Origin: a virus
Direction: 5' to 3' (one strand)
Length of the DNA stretch: 53,689 bases
IMG/VR virus record: IMGVR_UViG_3300037313_001510
Position 1 is the stretch's first letter. The number at the start of each line of letters is the position of its first letter. The notes beneath the pieces are model-generated. The model was given only the letters and a program-made list of their open reading frames with translations. It ran no database searches and was not told the origin of the DNA. Shown here in pieces: positions 35,573-44,091 of this stretch. The translations under genes and the position numbers were made by a program.

Positions 35573-36072
35573 CCGCGCTCCTCCGTCAGTTCGCGAAACA
35601 CCGACTTGCCGCGCCAGGTCAGCTTCCAGTGCCTGTTCTTCAGCCGGCCGCCGACTTCCTCGACCAGGCCGCGCTCGACCAGCACCGGCAGGATCGAGGC
35701 GACATGGTTCTGCGAGCCCTTGCCGAGGATCAGGCCGATCTTGGTCGTCTGGTAGCGGAACACGCCGTCGTCGTCGGCATGGAAGCCGAGCACATAGATC
35801 ACGCCGCATTGAAGCTCTGTCAGCGTGCCCTCGACATTCTGGAAGGCCATGCGGCCCTGGCCGACCGCCTCCGGTTCGGGTTCATCGGCGATCGGCGCCA
35901 GCAGCTCGTCGGCCAGCTCGCCGTAGATGACGCGGTGCATCAATTGCGCCACCATCGCCGGCGCATGGTCGCCGCGAAGTGCTGCCAGCTCGCGCACCGC
36001 CTCGGCGAGGTTCCCGGGCAGCGCCACATGCAGTGGCGGCGGCGTGACGGCGCGGCGCATGGCGAGGGTCAT
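35569..36072 (-). CDS. Winged-helix (MarR-like) DNA-binding protein candidate, 167 aa
   Basis: Start reset to MTLAMRR. C-terminal segment TKIGLILGKGSQNHVASILPVLVERGLVEE. Confidence 0.5.
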   Translation of the reverse strand: MTLAMRRAVTPPPLHVALPGNLAEAVRELAALRGDHAPAMVAQLMHRVIYGELADELLAPIADEPEPEAVGQGRMAFQNVEGTLTELQCGVIYVLGFHADDDGVFRYQTTKIGLILGKGSQNHVASILPVLVERGLVEEVGGRLKNRHWKLTWRGKSVFRELTEERG

Positions 36073-36362
36073 TGACCACCTCCCCGCGCGAAAACGGCGA
36101 GGCTGTCGCGGCATTTGTCGGCAATGCCGGAAAGTTCGGCCGGCGCGCGGCCGTCGGCGTCGCGCACCGCAAGCAAGATCGACGTGCGCAGGTCGACGAA
36201 GGCGAGCCCGACCTCGAAAGAGGCGCGCCGGCAGCATTCGACGATCGAGCCGCGATATTTCAGCATCACCGAATCCGGCATGCGCAACAGGATGTCCGCG
36301 CGCGCATGGTCGCCGTCGGCATCGTAGAGCTGGCGCAGCATCGGCAGCATGGTGTCGGTCAA
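36069..36362 (-). CDS. Hypothetical protein, 97 aa
   Basis: Coupled ORF in the early operon. Confidence 0.5.
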   Translation of the reverse strand: MTDTMLPMLRQLYDADGDHARADILLRMPDSVMLKYRGSIVECCRRASFEVGLAFVDLRTSILLAVRDADGRAPAELSGIADKCRDSLAVFARGGGQ

Positions 36363-36661
36363 CGGTTTACCCCCTGTGTTTCACATGGCACAGGCGCTGT
36401 AACAGCCTGTTGCAAAATGGTTTTTCGCGTCACGCGGCGGCGTTTCACGCCCTCGACATGGAAGTCCAGCGGCAGCAGCCGAAGCGCCTTGCACATTGCG
36501 AGGAAACTGCCGATCGTCAGGTTCTCACCGTTGCGGGCGCGGCTGATCATGGCGACGTTGAGCGCCGGCCAGGTCGCCACCGCCTGGCGCATCGAGATGC
36601 CGTCAAGCCGCCGGCGCACTGTGGCGGCAAAGCGCGCGCGATCGAAGGGATCAGGCATCAC
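36359..36661 (-). CDS. HTH (XRE-like) DNA-binding protein, 100 aa
   Basis: ISMRQAVATWPALNVAMISRARNGENLTIGSFLAMCKAL. Confidence 0.5.
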   Translation of the reverse strand: MMPDPFDRARFAATVRRRLDGISMRQAVATWPALNVAMISRARNGENLTIGSFLAMCKALRLLPLDFHVEGVKRRRVTRKTILQQAVTAPVPCETQGVNR

Positions 36662-36860
36662 CGCCGCCCTCCGCTTCGCGTAGCTTGCGGTCGAGCGCCC
36701 GCTTCAGCCGTTTCATCTCGCGTTCGGTTTGAGGATCGGCCACGCGTTCCCTGGGCGCCGGCCAATGCGTGTCGCCGCGCAGCCGCTTGGCCTCGACCGC
36801 GGCGTAGTAGGAGCCGACCGCATCGGCCTCCGGATCGTAATCGCGACGGCCAACGCTCAT
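36651..36860 (-). CDS. Hypothetical protein, 69 aa
   Basis: Coupled ORF in the early operon. Confidence 0.45.
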   Translation of the reverse strand: MSVGRRDYDPEADAVGSYYAAVEAKRLRGDTHWPAPRERVADPQTEREMKRLKRALDRKLREAEGGGDA

Positions 36861-37687
36861 GCCGCACCGCCAGTCTCGCGTTCGGCGAGCAGGTCAACGA
36901 ACCAGAATTTCTCGACCTTGCGGATGTCGACAGCGGCAATATTTTCGATGATGAAGCGTCGGATGTCGCGCCGGTGAATCCACCAGAAATCGTCCGTGGC
37001 TGTCGCGTCCCGCCGTTTCGCCCGCAGCCAGCCCTTGGCGATCCATCCGCTTACGGTCTTACGGTCGACGCCCATGACGCCAGCAAGCTGGTTGGCGTTG
37101 AGATGATGCGGATCGGTGCGATCGGCGCCGAGCCGCTTCAGCTTGACGACGATCGCCGTCTCGGTCCGCTCGAATCCCTGCTTTTTCAGGAGCCGCCGCA
37201 GCGAGGCCGGCGATTTGTGAGCATTCTCGCCGAGCAGGTCGAGTTCGGCCTCGCTCCATGGCGGCTGCTTGAAGCGCGGCGTCACCAGGCCGAGTTTCGC
37301 CGCCCGTTTCGAGATCCACCAGCGCGGCCGGCCGCAGGTCGCGGCGCAAGCCTGCACGTCTTTCTTGGTCGGCGTCTTCTGGTAGGCGCGGCGTATGATA
37401 TCGTCGATCGCGGCGCTCGACGCCCACGCCTGCCGCTCATTGACCTTGCCGTTGGCGCAGGGGATGCGAAGACCAAGGATCGCCGCGCGCTGATAGATCG
37501 ACGACGCCGAGCGCCCTGGGAGCACCGCCAGGCAGGCCGAGACGCCGCCGGTCGCGTAATGCTCGCGCAGCAGCTTTTCCTCGCGTCCGGTCCAGAACCG
37601 CCGGGCTCCGGCGCGCATTTCGCCGACGACCGGATTGAGGTCGAGCAATTCGCGGATACCGCCGACTTCGCGCGCGATGGCGTTCAT
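36857..37687 (-). CDS. DNA-binding protein with two SANT/Myb-like repeats and a MerR/excisionase-type HTH, 276 aa
   Basis: WTGREEKLLREHY and WSEAELDLLGENA repeats. HTH segment LNANQLAGVMGVDRKTVSGWIAKGWL. Confidence 0.5.
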   Translation of the reverse strand: MNAIAREVGGIRELLDLNPVVGEMRAGARRFWTGREEKLLREHYATGGVSACLAVLPGRSASSIYQRAAILGLRIPCANGKVNERQAWASSAAIDDIIRRAYQKTPTKKDVQACAATCGRPRWWISKRAAKLGLVTPRFKQPPWSEAELDLLGENAHKSPASLRRLLKKQGFERTETAIVVKLKRLGADRTDPHHLNANQLAGVMGVDRKTVSGWIAKGWLRAKRRDATATDDFWWIHRRDIRRFIIENIAAVDIRKVEKFWFVDLLAERETGGAA

Positions 37688-39111
37688 GCCGGCACCTCGC
37701 CGGCGGCTTCGATGAGGCGCCCAAGCTCAGCCAAGCGCTTGGCGCCGCCGACCGAGAGTTCCCGGCCGGCCCAGATCAGGCCGCGTTCCTTCAGCATTTC
37801 GAACAGTTTGCCGTCGCATTTCGCGCCGGCTGCCACCGCCGAGAGCAGATCGAATTCGGCGCGCTCGTCGGTCATCACCGATGGGCGAATGGAAAGGGAC
37901 GCCGGTACGGCAAGCGGCTGCGGGGATGCCGTGGCCTCGCCCTCCTCCGCCGGGCCGAACATCGTGGCGTTCTCGAACACCTTCCAGTCGACGCGCAGCA
38001 CCTCGTGCGGGCCGTCATAGGCTTCCGAGCCGTCCGGCTGAGGCCGCAGCTCCCAGACGAACCAGGCGGTGTTCATGCGGCTCGACGCCTCCGGGCCGTC
38101 CCAGCCGTCGCGGTGCATCATCGGCAGGCGCCGGCTGAAGACGTAGGTCATCGCTGGCGGATTGTCGTCGAGGGCAAAGCAGCGGTCGGGATCGTCGAAG
38201 CCGCACAGGAAATTCAGGTTCAGCAGCAACGCCATGCGGCGCGGCCGGTGCGCGCGCAGCGCATGCGCGACGAAGGCGTTGAGATCGGTGCCATAGGGCG
38301 GATTGGTGACAATGTCCGGCCGCTCCGGATCGTCGGCGCGCGCCGCGCTGGCGAGAAAATTCTCGACGCGCTGCAATTCGCCGTCCTTGGTCGCGGTGCC
38401 ATAGTCGACCAGGTCGGCAAGCTCGACCTCGTAGCCGGCATCTTCCAGCATGCGGCTGATCGCGCCCTTGCCGCAGGCCGGCTCCAGCACACACTTCGAA
38501 AACCGCATGAAGGAGAGCAGCGTGCGCATCGCCTCCGGCGGCGTCTCGTAAAGGTTGTTGCCGCGCTCGGCGGCGGTGGCGCTGTCGGTGCCGACGGCGG
38601 CGCGCAGGTTGGCGGCACGCTTGAGCCCTGCCCGCGTCGGTTCGCTGCCGGCTGCCAGCATCTGGTCGAGCGCGCGGCGCACGATGCCAGGATCCTGTTC
38701 GATGACGTCGCGCATCTGGCGCGCCTCGAACACTTCCTTGCGGGTAAGCCCGGCATCTTCGGCTGTCGGAACCTTGTTCTCGGCCGGAACAAGGTCGGTG
38801 CGCTGGCCCTTCCTGCCGATCTCGCCGCGTCCCTGTGCGGCATCATATTCATCGGCCAGCCGGCGCTTCGCCATGCTTTCGATTTCGAGCGAGTCGGCCT
38901 GCACGCGATAGGTCGCGGCGATCAGCTCGTCATGCGCACGCTTGGCCTTCTGCAGGCGAGCCGTGCGCTTGGCCGCGTCATAGGTGGCCGTCGCCATGTC
39001 GCGCGCGGCCAGCACCTCAGCGGCGCTGGTGGCGCGCGCGAGCGCCGCCGCCGCCTCTTTCACCAGAGACGGCAGCGGCTTCTGTTCGGCGGTGGTGACA
39101 GCTTTTGACAT
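37684..39111 (-). CDS. DNA amino-methyltransferase (N6-A or N4-C), 475 aa
   Basis: Motif I VLEPACGKGAIS lies about 60 aa before motif IV IVTNPPYG. Long N- and C-terminal extensions. Confidence 0.75.
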   Translation of the reverse strand: MSKAVTTAEQKPLPSLVKEAAAALARATSAAEVLAARDMATATYDAAKRTARLQKAKRAHDELIAATYRVQADSLEIESMAKRRLADEYDAAQGRGEIGRKGQRTDLVPAENKVPTAEDAGLTRKEVFEARQMRDVIEQDPGIVRRALDQMLAAGSEPTRAGLKRAANLRAAVGTDSATAAERGNNLYETPPEAMRTLLSFMRFSKCVLEPACGKGAISRMLEDAGYEVELADLVDYGTATKDGELQRVENFLASAARADDPERPDIVTNPPYGTDLNAFVAHALRAHRPRRMALLLNLNFLCGFDDPDRCFALDDNPPAMTYVFSRRLPMMHRDGWDGPEASSRMNTAWFVWELRPQPDGSEAYDGPHEVLRVDWKVFENATMFGPAEEGEATASPQPLAVPASLSIRPSVMTDERAEFDLLSAVAAGAKCDGKLFEMLKERGLIWAGRELSVGGAKRLAELGRLIEAAGEVPA

Positions 39112-39281
39112 CAGGCCGAAGCTCCGTCCTTTTCACCGGCGACCTTGATGCCTTTGGTCTCGCCGCATTTTGGGCAGGCGGCGCGCGTCGCCAGCTGCAC
39201 CGCCTTCGCCAGTTCCATCGGCAGATGAGCGACGACCCAGACGTGGCCGCATTGGCATTTTCCGCGAAGATCGCTGGTCAA
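39111..39281 (-). CDS. Zinc-ribbon protein, 56 aa
   Basis: Below the ORF-track cutoff. TTG start (TTGA overlap) after GGAGG. Translation MTSDLRGKCQCGHVW...CPKCGETKG. The stop overlaps the MTase ATG. Confidence 0.5.
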   Translation of the reverse strand: MTSDLRGKCQCGHVWVVAHLPMELAKAVQLATRAACPKCGETKGIKVAGEKDGASA

Positions 39282-40231
39282 GGATGCCTCCGTTTCAGTG
39301 GCACGACGGAGCCGCCATCTGCGGCGGTTCCATCAGGCGGATAGGACGAGGCGTCCTGCAGCAGAGGCCAGGGAAAGAGCGGCAACGAGCGGTCGGCCGT
39401 TCCCTGATTCCAGAGACGCGGCAGCCCGAGATCGGGATGCGGCTTCACCGTCTCCAATACGCGCGAGATCACCGCGTCGCGGCTCATCTCCCAGCCTGCC
39501 TTCGGGCCGACGATGATCTGCCGCTTTATGTTCTCGGCGAACGACCGCATCAGCGCCGGAGAGGCCGTTTCCATGGCGGTTGAAAGCGCCGCGAGAGCCG
39601 GTTCCGGCAGCACGAACGGCGCGAAATAACGCTCCAGAATGCGGCGACGCTCGTGATCGCCGGGCAAGGCCAGTTCGACATGGATCTCGAAGCGGCGCCA
39701 CACGGCAGGATCGACGCGGTCGCCGAAATTGGTGGCGGCAACCGCAAAGCCCTCATAGCGATCGAGGTTGGCCAACAGAGTGTTAATGGTGTGGTTGTGA
39801 TCCTGCTCACCGACGGCGTTCATCTGGCCGTGCATGCGCGCTGCGGCGAGGCTGTCGAACTCGTCGAAGAACAGGAAAACCGGTTCTTCCAATGCTCGAA
39901 CGCAATCAAACATCCGGCCGAGGTTCGCAGCGCTTTCGCTGACATAGGTTGTCTTGAAACGCTCCGGACGGATGACGAGCATCGGCAGGCCAAGCCTACC
40001 CGCCAGATGGTGGGCAAGCGTCGTCTTTCCGGTCCCGGGCGCGCCGTGGAAAATCGCTCTCTTGCGCGACTTGAGATTGACCGCTTCCAGTTCATCGGCA
40101 GCCCAGATTTCGGTCAGCCATTCCAGCAGCGCGGAGCGAACCGGCTTTGCCAGAATCGGCTCGCTCGCCTGGTCCGGCGCGAGGATCTCGCCGAAGTCTG
40201 CCACCTCGGCATTTCGCATCGACCGGAACAT
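39278..40231 (-). CDS. AAA+ ATPase (classical AAA type), 317 aa
   Basis: Walker A GAPGTGKTT and Walker B LFFDEFDS. Confidence 0.8.
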   Translation of the reverse strand: MFRSMRNAEVADFGEILAPDQASEPILAKPVRSALLEWLTEIWAADELEAVNLKSRKRAIFHGAPGTGKTTLAHHLAGRLGLPMLVIRPERFKTTYVSESAANLGRMFDCVRALEEPVFLFFDEFDSLAAARMHGQMNAVGEQDHNHTINTLLANLDRYEGFAVAATNFGDRVDPAVWRRFEIHVELALPGDHERRRILERYFAPFVLPEPALAALSTAMETASPALMRSFAENIKRQIIVGPKAGWEMSRDAVISRVLETVKPHPDLGLPRLWNQGTADRSLPLFPWPLLQDASSYPPDGTAADGGSVVPLKRRHP

Positions 40232-40908
40232 TATTTTTCTTCCGGCCCCATGCCATCGGTGCCGCTCGCCTCGCGCCAGCCTGCGTCAAACTCCTGGCGC
40301 CGCTTGTCGCCGAACGGGAACGGGTTTGAGACGATCGGCTGGTTTTCCCGGTAGGCGACGCGACCGAGTTCTTTTGCCCCAGCGGCGTCGACAGCCGGCA
40401 CATCGCGCTTTTCCCGCTCCGGCATCGCCGAGGCCGGTTTCGAGGCCGGCTTCGGCTTCTCGACGACATCCTCGGCCTGTGCCTCGCCGTTCTTGTCGCG
40501 ATAGAGCCGCACCGGCTGTGCGCCGATCTTGACGATGATCTCGCCTTCCGTCGGCACAAGCAGCTTAAAGGCCGCGATCACCTCGTCGCGCGCGGCGAGA
40601 TCGACGCTCATCTGGCCAACCGAACGGAACAGCGGCGTCTCCGTCGCCATGCCGAGTGCATGCAGGTACATGTCGAGCTGCGCCTGGGCTTCCTCAAGGT
40701 CGGCCGGCTTGGCGGCGCGGCGCTTCAGCACGTCGCGCACCCGCGCCGGCGTGAAACCGGCCGCCGCGAGCTCCGCGAAGATCAGTTTTTCGTCTTCGTT
40801 GAGCTGCTTCTTTTCCTCGCGGACGCGTTCGATGCGCTCGACGAAGCCTTGCAGCTGCTGTCCGGATACGGTGTTGCGGCCGATCGCCGCCATGTCACGC
40901 TTTGCCAT
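40231..40908 (-). CDS. GapR-like (DUF2312) nucleoid-associated domain fused to a C-terminal extension, 225 aa
   Basis: QLQGFVERIERVREEKKQLNEDEKLIFAELAAAGFTPARVRDVLKRR...LDMYLHALG parallels Caulobacter GapR. Confidence 0.7.
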   Translation of the reverse strand: MAKRDMAAIGRNTVSGQQLQGFVERIERVREEKKQLNEDEKLIFAELAAAGFTPARVRDVLKRRAAKPADLEEAQAQLDMYLHALGMATETPLFRSVGQMSVDLAARDEVIAAFKLLVPTEGEIIVKIGAQPVRLYRDKNGEAQAEDVVEKPKPASKPASAMPEREKRDVPAVDAAGAKELGRVAYRENQPIVSNPFPFGDKRRQEFDAGWREASGTDGMGPEEK

Positions 40909-40932
40909 GGTCGTCCCCTTTTTGATCTGTCC

Positions 40933-41247
40933 TCATTTCCGCCCCCGCCATGCCTTGAGAATCTTCTCGGCCAGTGCTGGCTTGACGCCGGTGGCCTTGG
41001 CGATCGCGGCGACGTCGGCCTGGCCGGCGCAGGCGAAGACCAGCCGCACCTGCTCGTCGAGCTCGACGTCGTCGGCCGGAAGGCCGCGCTCGTGGCCGAC
41101 GCGGGCGGCAAATGCCGCCTCGAACAGCAGCTTGGCGAAGCCGGTCGGCGACAGCCCCTTTTCGCGGGCGCGCTTGCTCACCGCCTCGAAAACAGTCGGC
41201 GAGACTTGGATGGCAAACTGCTTGCGTTCGGCCGGCTGGAAGTTCAT
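40933..41247 (-). CDS. Hypothetical protein, 104 aa
   Basis: ORF in the early operon. Confidence 0.5.
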   Translation of the reverse strand: MNFQPAERKQFAIQVSPTVFEAVSKRAREKGLSPTGFAKLLFEAAFAARVGHERGLPADDVELDEQVRLVFACAGQADVAAIAKATGVKPALAEKILKAWRGRK

Positions 41248-41528
41248 CAGCCCAGCCTTTCCAGCACGCGCGGTGCTGCGCGTTCAGACTCGGTGCCGCG
41301 ACCGGTTGAAAGGTTGCGATGAAACCGGCAGTAGCTGCCGCCGCTCTTGCCTGGCAGCCATTCGTCGGGCGCGATCTCGACGGCGCAGAAGCGTGTCGCG
41401 GCGCCCTCGCCGCGCAGCGGGAACCGGCACTGGTGGCTGGAAAGATCGGTCAGCCGGCGGCCGAGACTGTTGCAGCCCGGCGCCAGCGGCGCGTCAATCC
41501 CGGCGAGCATGGCGGCGACGGAACGCAT
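41247..41528 (-). CDS. GcrA-like (C-terminal domain type) protein, 93 aa
   Basis: Start reset to MRSVAAM. The segment CRFPLRGEG..TRFCAV......SYCRFH matches the GcrA C-terminal Cys pattern. Confidence 0.55.
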   Translation of the reverse strand: MRSVAAMLAGIDAPLAPGCNSLGRRLTDLSSHQCRFPLRGEGAATRFCAVEIAPDEWLPGKSGGSYCRFHRNLSTGRGTESERAAPRVLERLG

Positions 41529-41899
41529 CAGAACGACCTCGGCGGCACGAACAGGCAGATCGTCTTGCCGGCATCGAGGCCGGCGCGGTGCGCGCACCAG
41601 TGGAACTGCCCATCCGGGCTGTCCTTGACGCGCTTGTCCAACATCGGGATCAGCTCGCCGGTGGAACGGATTTCGTAGCCGCGCGCGCCCTCGACGATCG
41701 CGGACTCGGGCACCGCCTCGCAGTCGAAATTGGCGCAGCAGGCGAAGGGGTAGGCCCAGCCCTGCGGTTTGGCGGCCGTTGGCAGCGCATCATGCGGGAA
41801 GGCCTTGGTGGCAGCGCCGACGATGCCGAGCGCTGCAGCAGCGATCACGACGCCAACTGTCAGGGAAGCAAGCAGGAAACCGTGCCGCGTGCGGGCCAT
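41528..41899 (-). CDS. Secreted Cys-rich protein, 123 aa
   Basis: Start reset to MARTRHGF. Signal-peptide-like segment LLASLTVGVVIAAAALG. 6 Cys. Confidence 0.55.
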   Translation of the reverse strand: MARTRHGFLLASLTVGVVIAAAALGIVGAATKAFPHDALPTAAKPQGWAYPFACCANFDCEAVPESAIVEGARGYEIRSTGELIPMLDKRVKDSPDGQFHWCAHRAGLDAGKTICLFVPPRSF

Positions 41900-41979
41900 G
41901 GTCGTATCCGGTGTTCGAGAAACGCCATGGCCCGGCGCAGGCACTGAACGGGAAAGGAACGCTAAGGACGAGAAGGAAA

Positions 41980-42228
41980 TCAGCGCTTCGGCGCTGGCTT
42001 GTCGCAGCCGGGCGTCGCGCCGTTGTCGAGCTTTATGCGCGCAACGCCGGCGACAGGCTCGAGCCGCTGCTCGTCGAACCAGGCGCTCTCGTTGAGCGAT
42101 CCGTCATCCTTGACCTTGGGCTGCAGCAGCACCTGGTTGCAGCCGGTGATGTATTCGGCGCGGCCGGTCACCGCGCCGGCAAAGCCGGTGATGGTGTCGC
42201 GCATGGTCGATCCGAGAATGGCTTTCAT
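41980..42228 (-). CDS. Hypothetical protein, 82 aa
   Basis: ORF with its own intergenic spacers in the early operon. Confidence 0.55.
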   Translation of the reverse strand: MKAILGSTMRDTITGFAGAVTGRAEYITGCNQVLLQPKVKDDGSLNESAWFDEQRLEPVAGVARIKLDNGATPGCDKPAPKR

Positions 42229-42266
42229 GGCAAAAAACTCCCTTGGGTTGAAAATCAGATTGAAAA

Positions 42267-42758
42267 TCAGGCGTCGCCGTTGACGATCTTCAGGCCGCCG
42301 GCGGCCTTCACCCCGGCGAGCGCCTTGCGGTATTCGGAAAGTCCGTGCTCCAGCTGCGCCGCGGCGCGGTCGATCGCCGACGCCTCGTTCGGCGTCACCT
42401 TGCCGTCGGCGAAAGCGGCGGCACCCGCCTGCATCAGCTCGCCGGCCTGGATGATCGCCTCGGCGTGCCTGGCCATGACGCCGCCCTGCTGCGCCACCGC
42501 AGCGTCCGGATCGGCCAGCCGGCGCCCGTTGATTTCCGCAAGGGCTGCCGTCATGCAGGAGGAGTGCGTCGCTGCTTCGAGCCGGATCATGGCGTCGAGC
42601 GTCATCAGCGTCGCATCGTCAGGATTGTTCCAGCGCCCGACGGTCGAGCGGCCGGTGTTGCCGCCAAGCGCGGCCACGGCACCGTCGATGCCGCCGCAGC
42701 GGCCGATCAGCTCCGCCTGGGCGGCCTTGATCCTGGCGAGGCGTGCAATGAGGTTCAT
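42267..42758 (-). CDS. Regulatory protein candidate in CII position, 163 aa
   Basis: Third gene after cro-like, preceded by hairpins. Similarity to phage CII/CP76-type proteins is only an impression. Confidence 0.4.
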   Translation of the reverse strand: MNLIARLARIKAAQAELIGRCGGIDGAVAALGGNTGRSTVGRWNNPDDATLMTLDAMIRLEAATHSSCMTAALAEINGRRLADPDAAVAQQGGVMARHAEAIIQAGELMQAGAAAFADGKVTPNEASAIDRAAAQLEHGLSEYRKALAGVKAAGGLKIVNGDA

Positions 42759-42791
42759 GCCTGTTTCCCCCTGAAGACAAAGTGCAGTCCC

Positions 42792-42830
42792 GCGCCGGGA
42801 TGAGCCGGCGCCTAATCCCGTGGCGGGATT
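42792..42830 (-). promoter_or_regulatory. Two tandem 7-bp-stem hairpins (tR1-position attenuator candidate)
   Basis: GCGCCGG/CCGGCGC (42792-42811) and AATCCCG/CGGGATT (42814-42830). No clear U-tract. Confidence 0.3.
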
Positions 42831-42891
42831 GATGCGAAAGATTCAGTGTGCGGGTCAGCCCATCACGGAGGCCCGCATGACCAATTCAAAT

Positions 42892-43413
42892 TCATCGACG
42901 AACACCCCCTGGCCGCAGCGCTTTGCGCGCCCCGTCGACCGGTCGAAAACGCACCACTGCACTGCGCTCGAAGTCCGGCAGATCGCCGAGATCGTCGGGG
43001 AGGTTCTTCAGCGCCGTGCGGTCGCGCTCGTCGAGCACGGCGCGGGCGAGCGGCCCGGCGCCGATCTTGCGCACGTAGTCGGCCAGCGCGAACAGCACCG
43101 CTTCCTCATTGGAGCATCGCTCGTAACTGGCGACGGCGTTGAGCAGGATCAGCGCGTATTCGGAAAGGGAGACGGAGCAGCCGGCCGGGGTTTGGGTGGC
43201 GACCGGCCGCTCCGTCTTTTCGCGCGCCCCCGCGCGAAACTCATCAAGGCCCTCGGTGTAGTGCTGAAATGCTGCCGAGGCTTGTTCAGCCTCGGCGCCG
43301 CGGTCAGGCGCTTGGGGAGCCATGACCTCCGAAGCGCAAGGCGCGCAGGAGGACTTCGCGGAACGCGGCACGAGCCGCTCGGAAAATCCGGCGGGCGCGA
43401 CAAGCTGCGTCAT
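42892..43413 (-). CDS. Hypothetical protein, 173 aa
   Basis: ATGA-coupled to the cro-like gene. Confidence 0.5.
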   Translation of the reverse strand: MTQLVAPAGFSERLVPRSAKSSCAPCASEVMAPQAPDRGAEAEQASAAFQHYTEGLDEFRAGAREKTERPVATQTPAGCSVSLSEYALILLNAVASYERCSNEEAVLFALADYVRKIGAGPLARAVLDERDRTALKNLPDDLGDLPDFERSAVVRFRPVDGARKALRPGGVRR

Positions 43414-43679
43414 GCTGCGCTCTCCTGGTTGACCGGAATATCGGCCGGCTCGATCGGATAGAGGTCCGGCCGCAGCACGTGCCGCGAAATGCCAGAGGCT
43501 CGTTCGATCGGGATCGCCATTTCGGCAGGGATCATGCCACGCAACTTCCAGGTCGAGACGTGGCTCCGCGTCTTGCCGACCATCTCGGCGAGCCTCGCCT
43601 CGCCCCCCACGGCATCACAGGCTTTGGTGAGCGCCAGGCGGCGCTCGGCCTTGATTTGTTCCTTGAGGTCTTGATTCAT
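43410..43679 (-). CDS. Cro-like / YdaS-family HTH regulator
   Basis: GGEARLAEMVGKTRSHVSTWKLRGMIPAEMAIPIERAS. Divergent from the repressor gene. ATG at 43679, with GTG 43688 as an alternative. Confidence 0.65.
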   Translation of the reverse strand: MNQDLKEQIKAERRLALTKACDAVGGEARLAEMVGKTRSHVSTWKLRGMIPAEMAIPIERASGISRHVLRPDLYPIEPADIPVNQESAA

Positions 43680-43690
43680 GGTCGCCACTC

Positions 43691-43753
43691 ATACAAATGT
43701 AGGCAGCGTTGTCAATACCATTGTAGGCAACGCGCCGAGTACAATCGTAGGCA
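43691..43753. promoter_or_regulatory. OR-like operator cluster with divergent promoters
   Basis: - Operators: ATACAAATGTAGGCA (43691), ATACCATTGTAGGCA (43715), GTACAATCGTAGGCA (43739), at exactly 24-bp spacing.
- Leftward promoter: TTGACA (43715-43710), 16-nt spacer, TATGAG (43693-43688).
- Rightward promoter: TACAAT (43740-43745). Confidence 0.7.
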
Positions 43754-44091
43754 TGAGTACATTTGGCGATCGGGTAAGGGCGGAACGCCTCGCGCAGGGG
43801 CTGAGCTATCAAGAGCTTGCCGATCGCGTCAGCAAGGCGGCCGGCATCAAATGCCCACGTGTCACCATTGAGAAGATCGAGGACCGCTCGTCGAAAATGT
43901 CGCAATGGTCGATCAGCATAGCTGCGGCGTTGAACGTCGACCATGACTGGCTGCTCACGGGCAAGGGTCAGAAGAAAATTCTGACCAGCATCGACAAGCG
44001 GCTTCGCCGGCTGACGCCGGACGCCTCGGAGCGCCTGCATCGACAGATCAATCTTCTGATCGACGATGAGGAAAGTTCGAAGACGCACTAA
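43753..44091 (+). CDS. cI-like repressor (XRE-type HTH, no S24 peptidase domain), 112 aa
   Basis: FGDRVRAERLAQGLSYQELADRVS ... IAAALNVDHDWLLTGKG. The ATG lies 7 nt after TACAAT. Confidence 0.7.
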   Translation: MSTFGDRVRAERLAQGLSYQELADRVSKAAGIKCPRVTIEKIEDRSSKMSQWSISIAAALNVDHDWLLTGKGQKKILTSIDKRLRRLTPDASERLHRQINLLIDDEESSKTH

